Source: an uncultured Methanobacteriaceae archaeon
GTDB lineage: Archaea > Methanobacteriota > Methanobacteria > Methanobacteriales > Methanobacteriaceae
Assembly (NCBI GenBank): GCA_963719565.1
Contig: CAVRCP010000051.1
Span: 803,790 to 867,789, forward strand
Length of the DNA: 64,000 bases
Reading direction: 5' to 3'
Both the position numbers and the translations under genes were made by a program. The notes beneath the pieces are model-generated. The model had not been told where the DNA came from. It worked only from the letters and a program-made list of their open reading frames with translations, and made no database searches. Positions 28,252-40,435 of the stretch are shown here, piece after piece. Every line of letters starts with the position of its first letter. Position 1 is the first letter of the stretch.

Positions 28252-29025
28252 ATGAATTTAAATGTCAAAGAAACAGGTAAAAAGGATCAAGAAACCATAA
28301 TTTTCCTCCATGAAGGAGGATTAGCAGGTTGGATGTGGGATAAACAATTAAAAGCATTCAACGATTACCGATGTTTAGTTCCTGATCTTCCCGAACACGG
28401 TCGCAGCATGGAATTCAAACCATTCACTATAAAAGACACTGCCGAAATTATAGTGAATCTAATAAAAAATCGTGTATATAATGGTAAAGCTCATCTAGTC
28501 GGATTATCATTGGGTGCGCAGATCATAATCCAGATTCTAAGCACAGTCCCCGAGGTTGTGGATCACGCTCTTATAAGTGGAACACTTGTCCACAGCATTC
28601 CCCACACTGAAACATTTTTAAAACATCTTAATTATCTTATCAAGGCTTATGAACCTTTAAAAAACACTGATTTTTTCATAAAGGCTAATATGAGAACTTA
28701 TAACATTCCAAAAAACTTTTTTAATGAACTCAAAGAATCTACACACGCCATAAAGCCTGAATCTTTTAACAGAATACTTAAAGAAAACATGCTTTTTCAA
28801 ACACCTTCTGGCCTAGAAAAGGCCAATGTCCCAGTTCTAGTAATAGTTGGAGAAAAGGACCATAAAATCTTAAAAAACTCTGCACGAGATTTGATGCACG
28901 TTCTTCCCAATTCCAAAACTTATGTGGTTCCAAAATTAGGGCATGTTTGGAATTTAGAATCACCAGAGCTCTTTAACAGAGTTTTGAGAAGCTGGATAGC
29001 TAATAAAACAATGTTTGAAATTTAA
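28252..29025 (+). CDS. alpha/beta-fold hydrolase
   Basis: HEGGLAG oxyanion region, nucleophile elbow GLSLG, and a C-terminal His (LGHVWNLE). Confidence 0.7.
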   Translation: MNLNVKETGKKDQETIIFLHEGGLAGWMWDKQLKAFNDYRCLVPDLPEHGRSMEFKPFTIKDTAEIIVNLIKNRVYNGKAHLVGLSLGAQIIIQILSTVPEVVDHALISGTLVHSIPHTETFLKHLNYLIKAYEPLKNTDFFIKANMRTYNIPKNFFNELKESTHAIKPESFNRILKENMLFQTPSGLEKANVPVLVIVGEKDHKILKNSARDLMHVLPNSKTYVVPKLGHVWNLESPELFNRVLRSWIANKTMFEI

Positions 29026-29326
29026 AGTTTTTTCAGCCACTGGTATTTAGAATTATCAAAATCAAATTAAGATCGATTTTAATATAACCAATAGAACAGT
29101 TCCAATCAAACAGGTATTTAGCTAATTCACTTGATACAAGATTAGCTTATAATAATGTGTGAAATTGGGAATAATTTTGGGAAAAGCTTTTTTTAAAAGA
29201 GGGTGCATTTATCATTTGTATGTATAAAAAAAATTTTTTTTAATACTAATATATTTACAAATTATTTGTTAAAAAAAAATTTTTTGTTTTCTCACCAATT
29301 ATGATATCAAACCTGGAGGCAAATAT

Positions 29327-29680
29327 ATGGATGATTTGAGTGATAATATCCCTAAAACCAAGGTAAAATGTTATAAGAAGAAAGATATTCAGAACATTAA
29401 AGAAAATGAACATTATTATGCCAAATTAGATAAAGTTTATAGGTTTAATTGTGGTGATCCAGTTATTGTTTTAAGATGCACAGACTTTCCAGAAGCAATA
29501 GATTTAACTACAATATCAGAATTAAGAAAAAAAATAGAGTTATACACTAATTATGCTAAAAGAGTTAACGAATTGAAACAAAAATTAGAAAGCGCGGAAG
29601 AATCTTATAAAGAACAATTAAATGAACTTAAAGTTAAGCATAATATGGAAATAACTGAATTAAAAAAGGAAATGAAGTAA
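29327..29680 (+). CDS. hypothetical protein (117 aa) with coiled-coil C-terminus
   Basis: ORF only; flanked by large AT-rich non-coding stretches. Confidence 0.3.
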   Translation: MDDLSDNIPKTKVKCYKKKDIQNIKENEHYYAKLDKVYRFNCGDPVIVLRCTDFPEAIDLTTISELRKKIELYTNYAKRVNELKQKLESAEESYKEQLNELKVKHNMEITELKKEMK

Positions 29681-30167
29681 TTTGTATTATGAGATATTTA
29701 ATTTTGTTAATAAAATAATGGAAATATCCTGAATTCATAAATTGTAAAATAATAATAGAAGAATTGGATTATTGAGTTCATTAAGAATGGGAATGAAATG
29801 TTGAAATTAAGATTAAACCGTAATTATTTCTCAATTTAATGGAAAATAGTGATTTTGACGAGATAATATTCATTTAATAGTAAAAAACAAAGTAGAACTT
29901 ATCAAAGTAGAAGATATGTACATAGGAAATATAATTTTGAGATGAATACTATTAAAAAAGCGGATTTAATCGTCTGATATTTATTAATACACAATGCTCT
30001 AACTTAGAAAATTTATCTAAATTTTCATCTTCAATTTGGGGAATTCTTTAAGATGCAGTACGCTATTGAGCGGAAAATATTAATGCTTGAACCGAATACT
30101 ATATAAATTATAAATTATATAAAACACGGACATAACACATTGGCCGTTAGCTTGATAGGGGTAGAAA

Positions 30168-30551
30168 ATGAAGGGCATAACTATAATAACATTACTTTTT
30201 GTACTATTTTTGGGTGTTGTTTATGGTGCATTCTCAGCCACAGGGAATAATTATAGTGTGGATATGGATGGTAAAATAATTGGTATTTGCCAGAATGATA
30301 ACAGTACACCCGATTCTGTTTTAGTAGATGGAGTACCATCTGGAAGCTCTGAAGATCAAAATATATCAATTAAAATAACAAAAAATACCGTTATATTACA
30401 TAAACAAGGAAATAATTTTGTAAATGCATCTTACAATGATCTTGTACCTGGACAGGCTATTGGAATCAAGTTCGCCGGACCTTTACTTCAAACTTACCCT
30501 CCCCAGACCAATGCCAGCCAGATAATTATTTTAGATAATCAATCATCGTAA
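30168..30551 (+). CDS. hypothetical secreted/membrane-anchored protein (127 aa)
   Basis: N-terminal signal or anchor (ITIITLLFVLFLGVVYGAFS), Ser/Asn-rich; several N-x-S/T sequons. Confidence 0.4.
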   Translation: MKGITIITLLFVLFLGVVYGAFSATGNNYSVDMDGKIIGICQNDNSTPDSVLVDGVPSGSSEDQNISIKITKNTVILHKQGNNFVNASYNDLVPGQAIGIKFAGPLLQTYPPQTNASQIIILDNQSS

Positions 30552-30689
30552 GGTTTAAATATCAACGAAATTCAAATTAACATAAGCTTTATGGTAGCTT
30601 TTTAGAAGCGAAGGAATGGAGTGTATAACTAATTACATCTAATCCATCATCGGGCTAAATACACTAAATTGTTAAATTATGTTTTTAGA

Positions 30690-30833
<144 letters not shown>

Positions 30834-30896
30834 CTTACTATATTTTTTTTTATGCTATTGTTACCATTTTGAATTATGAGCTTGGGTTGATTACAT

Positions 30897-31514
30897 TTGC
30901 AAAAGATCAAAGATATTATCATGATAGAAGGAAGAAGCTTTGATTCTAATGTCTACGTTTTTGAAGATGTCATAGTGGATACCGGAACAGGTCAAAACAT
31001 AGACTACATACTTAGTTCTTTAAAGAAGGCCAGATACAACCCAAGTGATCTTTCACTCATAGTGAACACGCATAATCATTATGATCATATTGGAGGTAAC
31101 GCTTATTTAGATTTGAAGGTAGCCATGCATCAAGAAGATGCCAAAGCACTAGAAGAAGGTGATGAAATGGCTACTGCAGCATGCATGTTTGGAAAATCAA
31201 TGGATAAGGTGAAAGTAGATCGTTTACTTCAAGAAGGCGATAAAATCCATGATTTTGAAGTTCTACACACTCCTGGACATACTCCTGGAGGTATTTGCTT
31301 ATATAATGGAGAAACTCTAATATCTGGGGACACAGTTTTTGCCGATGGTGGCTTCGGTAGAGTTGATCTTGGGGGTAATATAGATTCTATGAGGAAATCT
31401 TTAAAAAGGTTAAGTGAACTTGAATTTAAATATCTACTTCCAGGACATGGCCCCTGCACTTCTGATGGTCCAAAGCATGTGAAAATGGCTTATGAAATCG
31501 TGAAACAATTTTAA
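30897..31514 (+). CDS. MBL-fold metallo-hydrolase
   Basis: HxHxDH motif (HNHYDHIGG) plus downstream His/Asp ligands (HTPGHTPGG, GD). Confidence 0.75.
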   Translation: MQKIKDIIMIEGRSFDSNVYVFEDVIVDTGTGQNIDYILSSLKKARYNPSDLSLIVNTHNHYDHIGGNAYLDLKVAMHQEDAKALEEGDEMATAACMFGKSMDKVKVDRLLQEGDKIHDFEVLHTPGHTPGGICLYNGETLISGDTVFADGGFGRVDLGGNIDSMRKSLKRLSELEFKYLLPGHGPCTSDGPKHVKMAYEIVKQF

Positions 31515-31609
31515 TTTTTACGGATGATTTTTTTTATTAAATTTCAAAAGAAGTTAACTAAAAGAAAAAAAATTATTTAAAAAAAAAAGTTTTTTGAGAT
31601 ATACTTTCC

Positions 31610-32392
31610 CTATTTTTTCTCTATTTCACCTAATTCTGATGTCATAAAGTCTTTAATATCTCGTATACTGTTAAGTAACTGGGCTGGGAATACTATGGTT
31701 GAATTCTTCTCTGCAGCAATATTGCTAAGAACCTGCATTATACGTAACTGTAGAGCCACTGGATGTTCTGTTATAATATCTGCCGCATCTCCTAATTTAC
31801 CTGCAGCTAGATATTCACCTTCAGCCGATATGATTTTAGCTCTTTTTTCCCTTTCAGCTTCTGCCTGAAGAGCGATGGCTCTCTGCATACTGTCGGGTAA
31901 TTTAATATCTTTTATTTCTACAGTAGTGACTTTTATACCCCAAGGTTCACTATGAGTGTCTATAATTTCCTGCATGCTTTGGTTTAATTTCTGTGTTTCT
32001 GATAATATTTCATCGAGAGCATATTTTCCGACTACACTTCTCAAAGTCGTTTGAGCAATCTGGTTAACCGCCCGATTATAGTTTTCAATTTCCACAACAG
32101 CTTTATAAGCATCGACCACTTTGAAGTAAGCCACTGCAGCAACGTCAATAGTAACGTTATCTTGAGTTATGATTTTTTGAGCGGGGATCGGCATGGTGAC
32201 TATCCGTAACGATGGTTTAACCATTCTATCCACCAAGGGAATAATTAGACGAAGACCCGGTTCCTTGATTCCGATAACTTTTCCTAATCTGAAAACCACT
32301 CCTCTCTCATATTGATTTACTATACGTATGGAGAGCCCTAAAATAATTAATATTATAATACCAATAAAGGTAAGAGTGACATAATCCACCAT
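31610..32392 (-). CDS. SPFH/band-7 (stomatin/prohibitin-like) membrane protein
   Basis: N-terminal TM helix, SPFH core, and an Ala/Glu-rich coiled-coil ([21 protein letters not shown]). Confidence 0.8.
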   Translation of the reverse strand: MVDYVTLTFIGIIILIILGLSIRIVNQYERGVVFRLGKVIGIKEPGLRLIIPLVDRMVKPSLRIVTMPIPAQKIITQDNVTIDVAAVAYFKVVDAYKAVVEIENYNRAVNQIAQTTLRSVVGKYALDEILSETQKLNQSMQEIIDTHSEPWGIKVTTVEIKDIKLPDSMQRAIALQAEAEREKRAKIISAEGEYLAAGKLGDAADIITEHPVALQLRIMQVLSNIAAEKNSTIVFPAQLLNSIRDIKDFMTSELGEIEKK

Positions 32393-32954
32393 TTCAAGTT
32401 TCCTCCTAATTATATTATTATTGATTATTTCTATGTGGGAACTCGTATTAAATTATAACTAAGAATATCAGATTTTTATAACAATTTAGATTAAATTTGG
32501 ATTATCTTAAAATCATAGTAAAAAGTACTAAATTTAAATAAATTCAAGTAACTAAGAATTGGAAGATAGAAATTTCCCATAAACTCTAAAAAACAATAAA
32601 TAAATTTTAAATTATCTCAAATGATCTACAATCAAAATTTACCCGTCCTAAATTAGCCCAATGAGATTATAACCACATTAAATTATAGATATATGTATTT
32701 TTTTCCAATTACTCAAAAATTAGGATGTTAATCTAAATCAACTATAGATATTTTGAGTACAATTTTTTTTATAAAACTTAATTTTATTTCTAATTAAAAA
32801 CAAAATAATAAATATCACTTAAACTAAATTCTAAAGTAGTATATGATATTATTATGGGTATAATGGCTATAGTCACGATAACTTAAAAGTACTTTAATTC
32901 ATATTAACATTTTATTGTATAATTAGCAAAAATAAAATTTTAAGTTGATCTTTT

Positions 32955-33965
32955 ATGAGATATCACGCTTGGATCTTCCTGGCAATAGGAATAGGAATTC
33001 TAGCCTTACTAGTTCTATTTATCGGCCCTGCTAAAATTGAGGAAGCCATTGTAATGGCTAATCCATGGTACGTGATCCTGGCATTAGCCATACAATTTAT
33101 ATTATACCTCCTTTGGACTGAAAGATGGTCGATAAACATTCATGCTGTTGGAATCCCCATGAAAAGAATGCCCCTTTTACCTATGACTTTAGTAGGTAAG
33201 GCAATAAACAATATAACTCCTGCAGGAGGGGGAGAACCAGTCAGAGCCTATATTCTAGGTAAATTTTCTCAATCACCTACCGAGAATTCTTTTGCTTCAG
33301 TGATAGCAGATAGGGGTTTAGACACGTTTCCATTGTTCGTTCTAGCTATAATTACTATTATTTCAGCGGTTTTATTTTTGAAATTATCTTTTCTTTTGAT
33401 TTTTACGTTAACCATCTCTTTATTGATACTCGTAGCATTGTTTTTAATTGGCTTTTATATGTCTATCAACCAGGAAATGGGAGAGAGAGTAACTAAATGG
33501 ATTGTAAAAGTTATTAAGCGATTTTCAAAAAGAGAACACAGTAAACTAGAAAAAAATGCTCTTGATGCTTTAAATGGATTTCAAAATAGTATTCGATCTG
33601 TAATCAAAAACAGGAATGTAGTCTTATATGCTCTACCATTATCCTTTCTAATTTGGTTTATTGAGATAATAAGACTTTATATAGTCTTTTTAGCATTCAA
33701 TACTCATGTTTCTTTATTAGTAATTGCTTCTGTATTTGTTATATCTGCATTAATTACCATAGTGCCACTATTACCAGGGGGAGTAGGCGCAGTGGATGGA
33801 ATGATGATTATTCTATTTTCCATAGCTGGTGTGCCTCCCTCCATAAGTGCTGCTGCCACAATTATTGAAAGGTTAATCTCATTCTGGATGACTTCATTTA
33901 TTGGTGTTACATTGATACCGTATTACGGATCAGCAGTGATTGATAAATTATCAGACAAATTTTGA
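32955..33965 (+). CDS. flippase-like (UPF0104 / lysylphosphatidylglycerol-synthase TM-region family) membrane protein
   Basis: Eight predicted TM helices; NITPAGGGEPVRAYIL motif typical of the family. Confidence 0.55.
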   Translation: MRYHAWIFLAIGIGILALLVLFIGPAKIEEAIVMANPWYVILALAIQFILYLLWTERWSINIHAVGIPMKRMPLLPMTLVGKAINNITPAGGGEPVRAYILGKFSQSPTENSFASVIADRGLDTFPLFVLAIITIISAVLFLKLSFLLIFTLTISLLILVALFLIGFYMSINQEMGERVTKWIVKVIKRFSKREHSKLEKNALDALNGFQNSIRSVIKNRNVVLYALPLSFLIWFIEIIRLYIVFLAFNTHVSLLVIASVFVISALITIVPLLPGGVGAVDGMMIILFSIAGVPPSISAAATIIERLISFWMTSFIGVTLIPYYGSAVIDKLSDKF

Positions 33966-34155
33966 CGATATTTTATTATTAGATTTAAAGCAACAGAGAA
34001 TAATTTATAAAAATATAAAAAGGATTGAAAATATCTATAATTTCATAGGTTTATTTATCCAAATAAACAATATCTTATTTAAGAGAAATTGATCCATTAA
34101 GATGGCGTCCTAACTAAATCTATTGTAATTAAATGTTCAAGTTAAGTAGGAGAAC

Positions 34156-35058
34156 GTGATAAAAATGAAGATAAATGATGTAGAAATAGAAGATACTTTT
34201 GCAGAAGCATTTGGTATACAAGTATCCCGGCTACTTATAACTGCTGCCACTAAAAAATTGGCGAAAGTAGCTGCAGTTGAAGCGACTGGTTATGGAACTT
34301 CAGTTATTGGCTGTCCAGCTGAAGCAGGGATAGATGCCTACGTGCCTCCGGAGAAAACCCCTGACGGAAGGCCGGGTTATGTAATTATGATTTGCAATAT
34401 GAATAAAAAAAAGCTGGATCATGAATTATTAGAGCGCGTGGGAATGTGTATACTAACTGCTGCTACCACTGCAGTCTTTGATTGGATGGAAGAGCCTGAT
34501 GAAAAACTTAAAACTGGACAAAAACTCAAATTTTTCGGAGATGGTTACGAGAAGCAATTGGAAGTAGATGGAAGAACAATTCACTCTATACCGCTTATGT
34601 CTGGTGATTTTTTAGTAGAAGCTGAACTAGGGATAAAATCGGGAGTAGCCGGGGGTAATTTCTTCATTCTAGCTGAAAATCAACCTTCAGGACTTTTAGC
34701 TGCTGATGCTGCTGTAGATGCGATTAAATCCGTGCCAGGAGCTATTACACCTTTCCCTGGTGGAATAGTTGCATCCGGCTCTAAAGTAGGGTCAAATAAA
34801 TACAAGTTTTTAGGTGCCTCTACAAATGAAAAAATGTGCGTCACCCTCAAAGAAGAAGTAGAAGGATGTCAAATACCTAAAAATGTTAACGGGATTTATG
34901 AAATCGTAATTGACGGTGTTAATGAAGAAGCTGTTAAAGCAGCCATGAAAGCTGGAATTAAAGCAGCAGTAACAATAAATGGTGTTATACAAATTAGTGC
35001 TGGTAACTTTGGTGGAAACCTGGGAGCATACAAATTAAATCTACATGAATTATTCTAG
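34156..35058 (+). CDS. ftr: formylmethanofuran:tetrahydromethanopterin N-formyltransferase
   Basis: Near full-length match to Ftr as I recall it ([69 protein letters not shown]); 300 aa. Confidence 0.9.
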   Translation: MIKMKINDVEIEDTFAEAFGIQVSRLLITAATKKLAKVAAVEATGYGTSVIGCPAEAGIDAYVPPEKTPDGRPGYVIMICNMNKKKLDHELLERVGMCILTAATTAVFDWMEEPDEKLKTGQKLKFFGDGYEKQLEVDGRTIHSIPLMSGDFLVEAELGIKSGVAGGNFFILAENQPSGLLAADAAVDAIKSVPGAITPFPGGIVASGSKVGSNKYKFLGASTNEKMCVTLKEEVEGCQIPKNVNGIYEIVIDGVNEEAVKAAMKAGIKAAVTINGVIQISAGNFGGNLGAYKLNLHELF

Positions 35059-35096
35059 ACAATATTTCCTTGATTTAATTTTTTTTTATCTCAATT

Positions 35097-37037
35097 CTAT
35101 TCGATGCAGATCTTCTCTGAAGTTTCGCTTTCAATGATATTCCAGATTTCATCCTCTGGAAGATTAACCCCTATAAGCATCCCTGACTTATCTAATGCTT
35201 CTTCTATCTTCCTTATTGTTTTAAAATCTCCAGCTGATACTGTGTGGGAATGTATATTTCTTGATATCACAGAAAGAGCTTTAAGAGCTCTTTGAGCCTC
35301 TGGCTTCTGATACTCTCTTTCACAATTTTTCAGATCTTCTTCGTTCCTTAAATAGAGTTGCCTAGTTACAACCTGCCTAACTCCTGGAAGGTAATGTTTT
35401 GAATCTAATATACGCCCTCCAGTATTAATCACCACTCTCTTGTCGTCAATTTTACCAGGTTCATGTTTTAATAGCATTTCACTGACCCTTCCATAGTCAT
35501 TAATTTTCTTATATATCTCGTCAGGTGTCAGGTTAACGCCTAAAAGGAAACCTTTATTTTTTAATTCCTTCTCTATCCTGTTAAGACTAGTAGTATCGGG
35601 AGCAGAGATCCTATGTGAATGGACACCACCACCTGACAAATTATATAATCTTTCAAGCGATTCCATTCTCTTATCATCCGCTTCCAAATGAGATAAAAAT
35701 CTTTCCATTTCTTCAGCTTCAGATAACTCTATTTTTCTATGTAAAGGTTCATTGAATCCAGGTAGGTAATATTCGATGTCTTCTAAAATACCGCCGTGTT
35801 TTAGAATGATTTCAGCTTCTTCACGTATATCTGCAACACCATGAGTATCAGTTATTCTCATTTCTGGCTTAATTACTACTTCAACTAATCGTCCATATTT
35901 ACGAGCTGCTTCTTTTATTTGATCTTCATTGAGATTCACGCCCAATAAAAGTCCTTCTTGTTTAAGCTCGTCGGCTACAGCATTCAACGCTTTTTTACTG
36001 GGTCCTGAAATATAATGTGAATGAATCCCACTCACAGACTCGTATACTCGTTCTAAAGATTTTTTCCGATGGGGGTCACGTTCTAAACTATCTAAAAATT
36101 TATTAAGTTGGTCTTCATGGGATATTTCTATTTTTCTAACCAAAGGCTCTTTAAATTCTGGTAAATGATATTCTATATCCTCCAAAGCACAGCCATGTTT
36201 AAATATGATCTCTGCTTCCCTTTTTATATCATCCACACCGTGCATTTCAGTTATCTTCATTATGGTGGGTTGAATAGCAGCAAAATAAATATCCTCTGCC
36301 CCACTAGCCTCGGGTGATATGACTTTGTCAGCTCCCGAACGATATAGTCTCTTAATATTTATTTTTTTACTTGCTCTGGTGACTATCCAAATGTCAGAAC
36401 GTATTTCCCGGGCAGTTAGAGTGATAAATAGGTTATCCACATCGTCACCGGTGGTTATTATTACTGCCCTAGCTCTTCCGATTCCAGCATCCTTCATCAC
36501 ATTTTCATCAGTGGCGTCACCAGGAATGGCTAAAACATTTGGATCCTCCCAAAGCTCCTTCTCAAGAATATTTCTATCTTTTTCTATTATTATAGCGGTT
36601 TGATTCCTTTTTAATAAATCCTGATGAACAACGCTACCAACTCTTCCATAGCCACATAAAACAAAATGATTTTTAGTTCCACTTATCTTTCTTCTCAGTC
36701 TAGCACCACTTGTTATTTCTTCTACTGCCATTATACTCACCGTATATATTAAAATAAATGCATAAGCCAATAAACCGACACCGCTCAGTACTAAAGTAAC
36801 AACAAAAATTTTCTGTACCGGAGTTATCGGAACAATATCACCAAATCCCACTGTTGTTATAGTGGTAATAGTAAAATAAATTGAATCTATAGGGTTTAGG
36901 CCCATTATAAAATGTGTTCCGATTAAACCATATCCTATTAGGATTACCACACCAATTATGGCATATTTTACAAATGAAGAAGGAATTGGAGTAATTTCAT
37001 CGGGTATAGGAAAAGCAAGTGTGGGAATCATTGCCAC
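35097..37037 (-). CDS. RCK-domain K+ channel with C-terminal tandem repeat modules of unknown function
   Basis: Two TM helices flank a pore helix with selectivity filter TTVGFGD. TrkA-N/RCK Rossmann domain (VLCGYGRVG). Then 2.5 copies of a ~130-aa repeat: HGV.DI..EAEII.KHG..LEDIEY.LP.F.EPL.RKIE...S.H.IS.P....LN.....LK..G.LLGVNL. Confidence 0.65.
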   Translation of the reverse strand: MAMIPTLAFPIPDEITPIPSSFVKYAIIGVVILIGYGLIGTHFIMGLNPIDSIYFTITTITTVGFGDIVPITPVQKIFVVTLVLSGVGLLAYAFILIYTVSIMAVEEITSGARLRRKISGTKNHFVLCGYGRVGSVVHQDLLKRNQTAIIIEKDRNILEKELWEDPNVLAIPGDATDENVMKDAGIGRARAVIITTGDDVDNLFITLTAREIRSDIWIVTRASKKINIKRLYRSGADKVISPEASGAEDIYFAAIQPTIMKITEMHGVDDIKREAEIIFKHGCALEDIEYHLPEFKEPLVRKIEISHEDQLNKFLDSLERDPHRKKSLERVYESVSGIHSHYISGPSKKALNAVADELKQEGLLLGVNLNEDQIKEAARKYGRLVEVVIKPEMRITDTHGVADIREEAEIILKHGGILEDIEYYLPGFNEPLHRKIELSEAEEMERFLSHLEADDKRMESLERLYNLSGGGVHSHRISAPDTTSLNRIEKELKNKGFLLGVNLTPDEIYKKINDYGRVSEMLLKHEPGKIDDKRVVINTGGRILDSKHYLPGVRQVVTRQLYLRNEEDLKNCEREYQKPEAQRALKALSVISRNIHSHTVSAGDFKTIRKIEEALDKSGMLIGVNLPEDEIWNIIESETSEKICIE

Positions 37038-37134
37038 GGAATCACCATTTAAATTTAAATTAATGCGTCCTAATTAAAAACTCTCATATTAATAAGTTAT
37101 AATTAAATATCATCTCTTTTATAATTTATAATTA

Positions 37135-38616
37135 GTGATAATTATGACTCCTAAAGACATGATGGTGATTGATGCCAATACTGAAGCATTAGGTATTCCT
37201 AGGTCTTCTCTGATGGAAAACGCAGGCCATTGTCTGGCTGAGCTGATATTCGAGATTTCGAAGCCATGTAAAGTATCTATTTTTGCAGGTAATGGTGGTA
37301 ATGGTGGGGATGGTTTGGTAGCTGCCAGATATCTTCTAAATAAGGGGTTTAAAGTCAATGTTTACTTATTGGCAAATCCCTCAAGGATAAAGTCAGGGGA
37401 ATCCCGGGCGAATTGGGACGTGCTTCAAAAAATCAGTTTTGGTTTAAATAAGCTTAAAATTAGGGTTATTGAGGATTCATCCGAACTCGGGATTACAGAT
37501 GCGGATGTAGTGTTGGATGCGCTTCTGGGCACGGGAGTGGAAGGTAAGCTTAGGGAACCCATATCTAGTGCTATTGACGTAATAAATAATTCAATTGGTA
37601 TTAAAGTGGCTGTTGATGTTCCAAGTGGTCTTGATCCTCTTACAGGTAAAGTTTTTGATAAAGTAGTTAAGGCAGATACTACGATAACGTTTCATAGGAT
37701 TAAATCCGGTCTTAAAGATGCTAAAAAGGAATATGTGGGTAATGTTCATGTATGCGACATTGGAATTCCCAATGAAGCTGAAATATTCACAGGTCCGGGT
37801 GATCTTTTAAGATTTAATAAAAGGAATGAACATTCTCATAAAGGACAGAATGGCAAAGTACTTGTTATTGGCGGAAGCAAGGATTATTCCGGTGCCCCAG
37901 CTATTGCAGCTTTATCAACCTTGAAATCAGGTGTTGATATAGCAATAGTGGCATCTCCTTCAAATGTGAGTAATATTATAAGATCTTACACACCGGATTT
38001 GATAGTTAAAAATCTATCTAAGGACTTTATAACACCTGATGATGTCGATAAAATATTAGAATTTTCAAAAAAAGTAGATTCTCTGGTAATAGGTTGTGGA
38101 ATGGGATTAGAAGATGAAACAGGTATGGCATTACAGCATTTATTGGGCAGAATTCGAAAACCAGTAGTAATAGATGCTGATGCTCTTAAACTCATTAATT
38201 TAGATTTAATCGAGAAAATAGGAAATAATGTTGTACTAACGCCACATGTCACTGAATTTAAAGAATTATTCGGTATTAGAATTCCAGATAAACTCGAAGA
38301 TAAGATTAAAACAGTTTCAAATGCATCAAAATGCTGCGATTTTACCATCCTTCTAAAGGGTACTGTGGATATAATTGCAAGTAATGGTAAATTTAAACTT
38401 AATTGCACAGGAAATCCTGGTATGACAGTAGGTGGAACAGGCGATTGTCTGGCAGGATTAGTGGGGGGTTTAATGGCTAAAGGCCATGATGCATATGAAG
38501 CAGCATTTTTAGGGGCTTACATCAATGGGAGGGCAGGAGACCTGGCTGCTTTAGAATATGATTATAATTTCACTGCCACAGAACTTTTAAAATTTATTCC
38601 AAATTCATTCAAATAA
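37135..38616 (+). CDS. nnr: bifunctional NAD(P)H-hydrate repair enzyme Nnr (epimerase + ADP-dependent dehydratase)
   Basis: N-terminal YjeF-N ([11 protein letters not shown]) and C-terminal carbohydrate-kinase-like dehydratase (GTGDCLAG); 493 aa. Confidence 0.85.
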   Translation: MIIMTPKDMMVIDANTEALGIPRSSLMENAGHCLAELIFEISKPCKVSIFAGNGGNGGDGLVAARYLLNKGFKVNVYLLANPSRIKSGESRANWDVLQKISFGLNKLKIRVIEDSSELGITDADVVLDALLGTGVEGKLREPISSAIDVINNSIGIKVAVDVPSGLDPLTGKVFDKVVKADTTITFHRIKSGLKDAKKEYVGNVHVCDIGIPNEAEIFTGPGDLLRFNKRNEHSHKGQNGKVLVIGGSKDYSGAPAIAALSTLKSGVDIAIVASPSNVSNIIRSYTPDLIVKNLSKDFITPDDVDKILEFSKKVDSLVIGCGMGLEDETGMALQHLLGRIRKPVVIDADALKLINLDLIEKIGNNVVLTPHVTEFKELFGIRIPDKLEDKIKTVSNASKCCDFTILLKGTVDIIASNGKFKLNCTGNPGMTVGGTGDCLAGLVGGLMAKGHDAYEAAFLGAYINGRAGDLAALEYDYNFTATELLKFIPNSFK

Positions 38617-38649
38617 AAATTTTGATTTTAAAAATAAAGGGGTTAGAAT

Positions 38650-39324
38650 TTGAAAGAAATTAAAGAAAATATCCCGGAAAAAGGAGCTTCTATTCAAAAA
38701 GATATGGAAACCTATGCGGTAATACCTTATTTTTCAGGCGGAATACTTGATGTTACAACATTACGCAAAATAGCGGATGTATCGGATAAATATAATATTA
38801 AAACAATCAAAACAACATCAGAAGGAAGAATATCGTTATATGGCATTAAACAAGAGGATTTAGATAGTATATGGGATGATTTAGGGATGAAACCCGGAGG
38901 TCATATAGGCAAATGCGTAAGACCGGCTAAATGTTGCATAGGTAACATATATTGTAGGAAGGGATTTCAGAATAGTGTAGAAATGAGTCACAGAATTGAT
39001 GAACTTTATTGTGGGATTCAAACACCGCGTAAATTAAAAATAGCCATTTCAGGATGCCCAAATTCATGCGGCGAATCATATGTCAGAGATATTGGATTGA
39101 TTGGAACAGGTAAAGGCTGGAAGTTACTGGTAGGTGGAACTTGTGGAATAAAACCGAGAATTGGCAGATTATTGGCGAAAAATCTTTCTGATGATGAGTT
39201 GATTAAGATAATCAGTAAAATAATAAATTATTACAGAGATCAAGGCATTGAAAAACGTATGGGAGCATTTATAGAGAAAATAGGATTTGAAAAATTCTCA
39301 CAAAATATTTTAAATCAGGAATAA
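38650..39324 (+). CDS. small sulfite/nitrite-reductase-like ferredoxin-siroheme domain protein
   Basis: 224 aa with Cys clusters (CVRPAKCC, CPNSC) in the arrangement of the nitrite/sulfite reductase [4Fe-4S]-siroheme site. TTG start with a GGGGTTAG SD-like motif. Confidence 0.5.
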   Translation: MKEIKENIPEKGASIQKDMETYAVIPYFSGGILDVTTLRKIADVSDKYNIKTIKTTSEGRISLYGIKQEDLDSIWDDLGMKPGGHIGKCVRPAKCCIGNIYCRKGFQNSVEMSHRIDELYCGIQTPRKLKIAISGCPNSCGESYVRDIGLIGTGKGWKLLVGGTCGIKPRIGRLLAKNLSDDELIKIISKIINYYRDQGIEKRMGAFIEKIGFEKFSQNILNQE

Positions 39325-39463
39325 CTAATTAAAAACACTGTAATTAGTTAGAAATAGATGACTATGTTACTGAAATCATAAAAAAGATAGGTAGGTGAAT
39401 TATATAAAGGCTCTATCATTTACAAATCGTATCATCACATGAACACTGGAAGTAGCTAAAGCT

Positions 39464-39658
39464 ATGGCGGACACTATGGATTCGAAACTCCTTAAGGCTG
39501 AAGATGCACAAAGTGAAGAGCTTGCAGATTATGACTTGATAGGTTTTGGATCAGGTATTTACGGATATAATCACATAAGATTTAATAGGATTTACAGAGA
39601 AAATGCCTTCCTTGGAGAGGAAAGTATTTATTTTCTCAACCACTTGAAATTTAAATAA
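39464..39658 (+). pseudogene. internal fragment of a flavodoxin-like gene
   Basis: 64 aa containing YDLIGFGSGIYGYN, which resembles the flavodoxin FMN-loop region. Stops lie in all upstream frames and the ORF terminates early. Confidence 0.3.
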
Positions 39659-39693
39659 ATTTAAAAAAAAATTAAATTCTGGAGTTAGATATC

Positions 39694-40122
39694 TCAATCT
39701 CCGAATTTAATGAATTTTTTAGGCTCGAAATTAGTGGACATGGTCCAAAAATAGGCATCGCCTTTGGCAATGCGGAAAATTATTAGTCCAGGATGATCAA
39801 AGGTCATACCAAATTCCTTAAGAAATGGCCTATCTTCTAAAACCTTTTTTTTGAGTTCTAGATCGTCTAAAAATTCTATTTCTCCAGCAACTCTCATCAT
39901 AGTACCGGTTGTTTCGTCTGGCTGCCAGAAGCAAGCTTCTACTTTCCGATTTTCCTGAAGCTGCCCATACATGTCTTTCATTGATCCAATCTGGAAATAA
40001 AAGCCTTTTGCATCGGCAAACCAGAATCCAAGTGCCCTCACCCGTGGCTGGCTGCCCTCTACTGTTGCCAGGTAGCAAACTGGTGTTTCATTGGCAAATT
40101 TTATGCAGTCTTTAAAATCCAT
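39694..40122 (-). CDS. pyridoxamine 5'-phosphate oxidase-family FMN-binding protein
   Basis: Split-barrel PNPOx-like pattern (CYLATV..G.PRVR...F.....FYF); 142 aa. GC content is visibly higher than in neighbouring genes. Confidence 0.65.
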   Translation of the reverse strand: MDFKDCIKFANETPVCYLATVEGSQPRVRALGFWFADAKGFYFQIGSMKDMYGQLQENRKVEACFWQPDETTGTMMRVAGEIEFLDDLELKKKVLEDRPFLKEFGMTFDHPGLIIFRIAKGDAYFWTMSTNFEPKKFIKFGD

Positions 40123-40155
40123 ATTAATAACACCTCCATCATTAAGAATTATTTT

Positions 40156-40416
40156 TTAATAAAATCCTACTGCTTTAGCTATTATCAAAATTCCAAATCC
40201 AATTATTCCTCCAAATCCTGCAATCAACACCGTTAGTATATTAACGGGTATCTTGAAGAGTGGTAATAAATTGAATAGGAATAGAAGTATAAGTCCTAGG
40301 ATTGCATGAGCTCCAATGTAGAGAACTATTTTTCCTATCCCGTATAATATTCTAAAGCCGAATATTCCTATGATTATTATTAAGATCCCGATTATAAGAA
40401 TGGTTGCTAAATCCAT
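40156..40416 (-). CDS. small membrane protein (86 aa, 3 TM)
   Basis: Gly/Ile/Leu-rich hydrophobic ORF directly upstream of the PNPOx-like gene. Confidence 0.35.
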   Translation of the reverse strand: MDLATILIIGILIIIIGIFGFRILYGIGKIVLYIGAHAILGLILLFLFNLLPLFKIPVNILTVLIAGFGGIIGFGILIIAKAVGFY

Positions 40417-40435
40417 TGTGTATCCATCAACTTTT

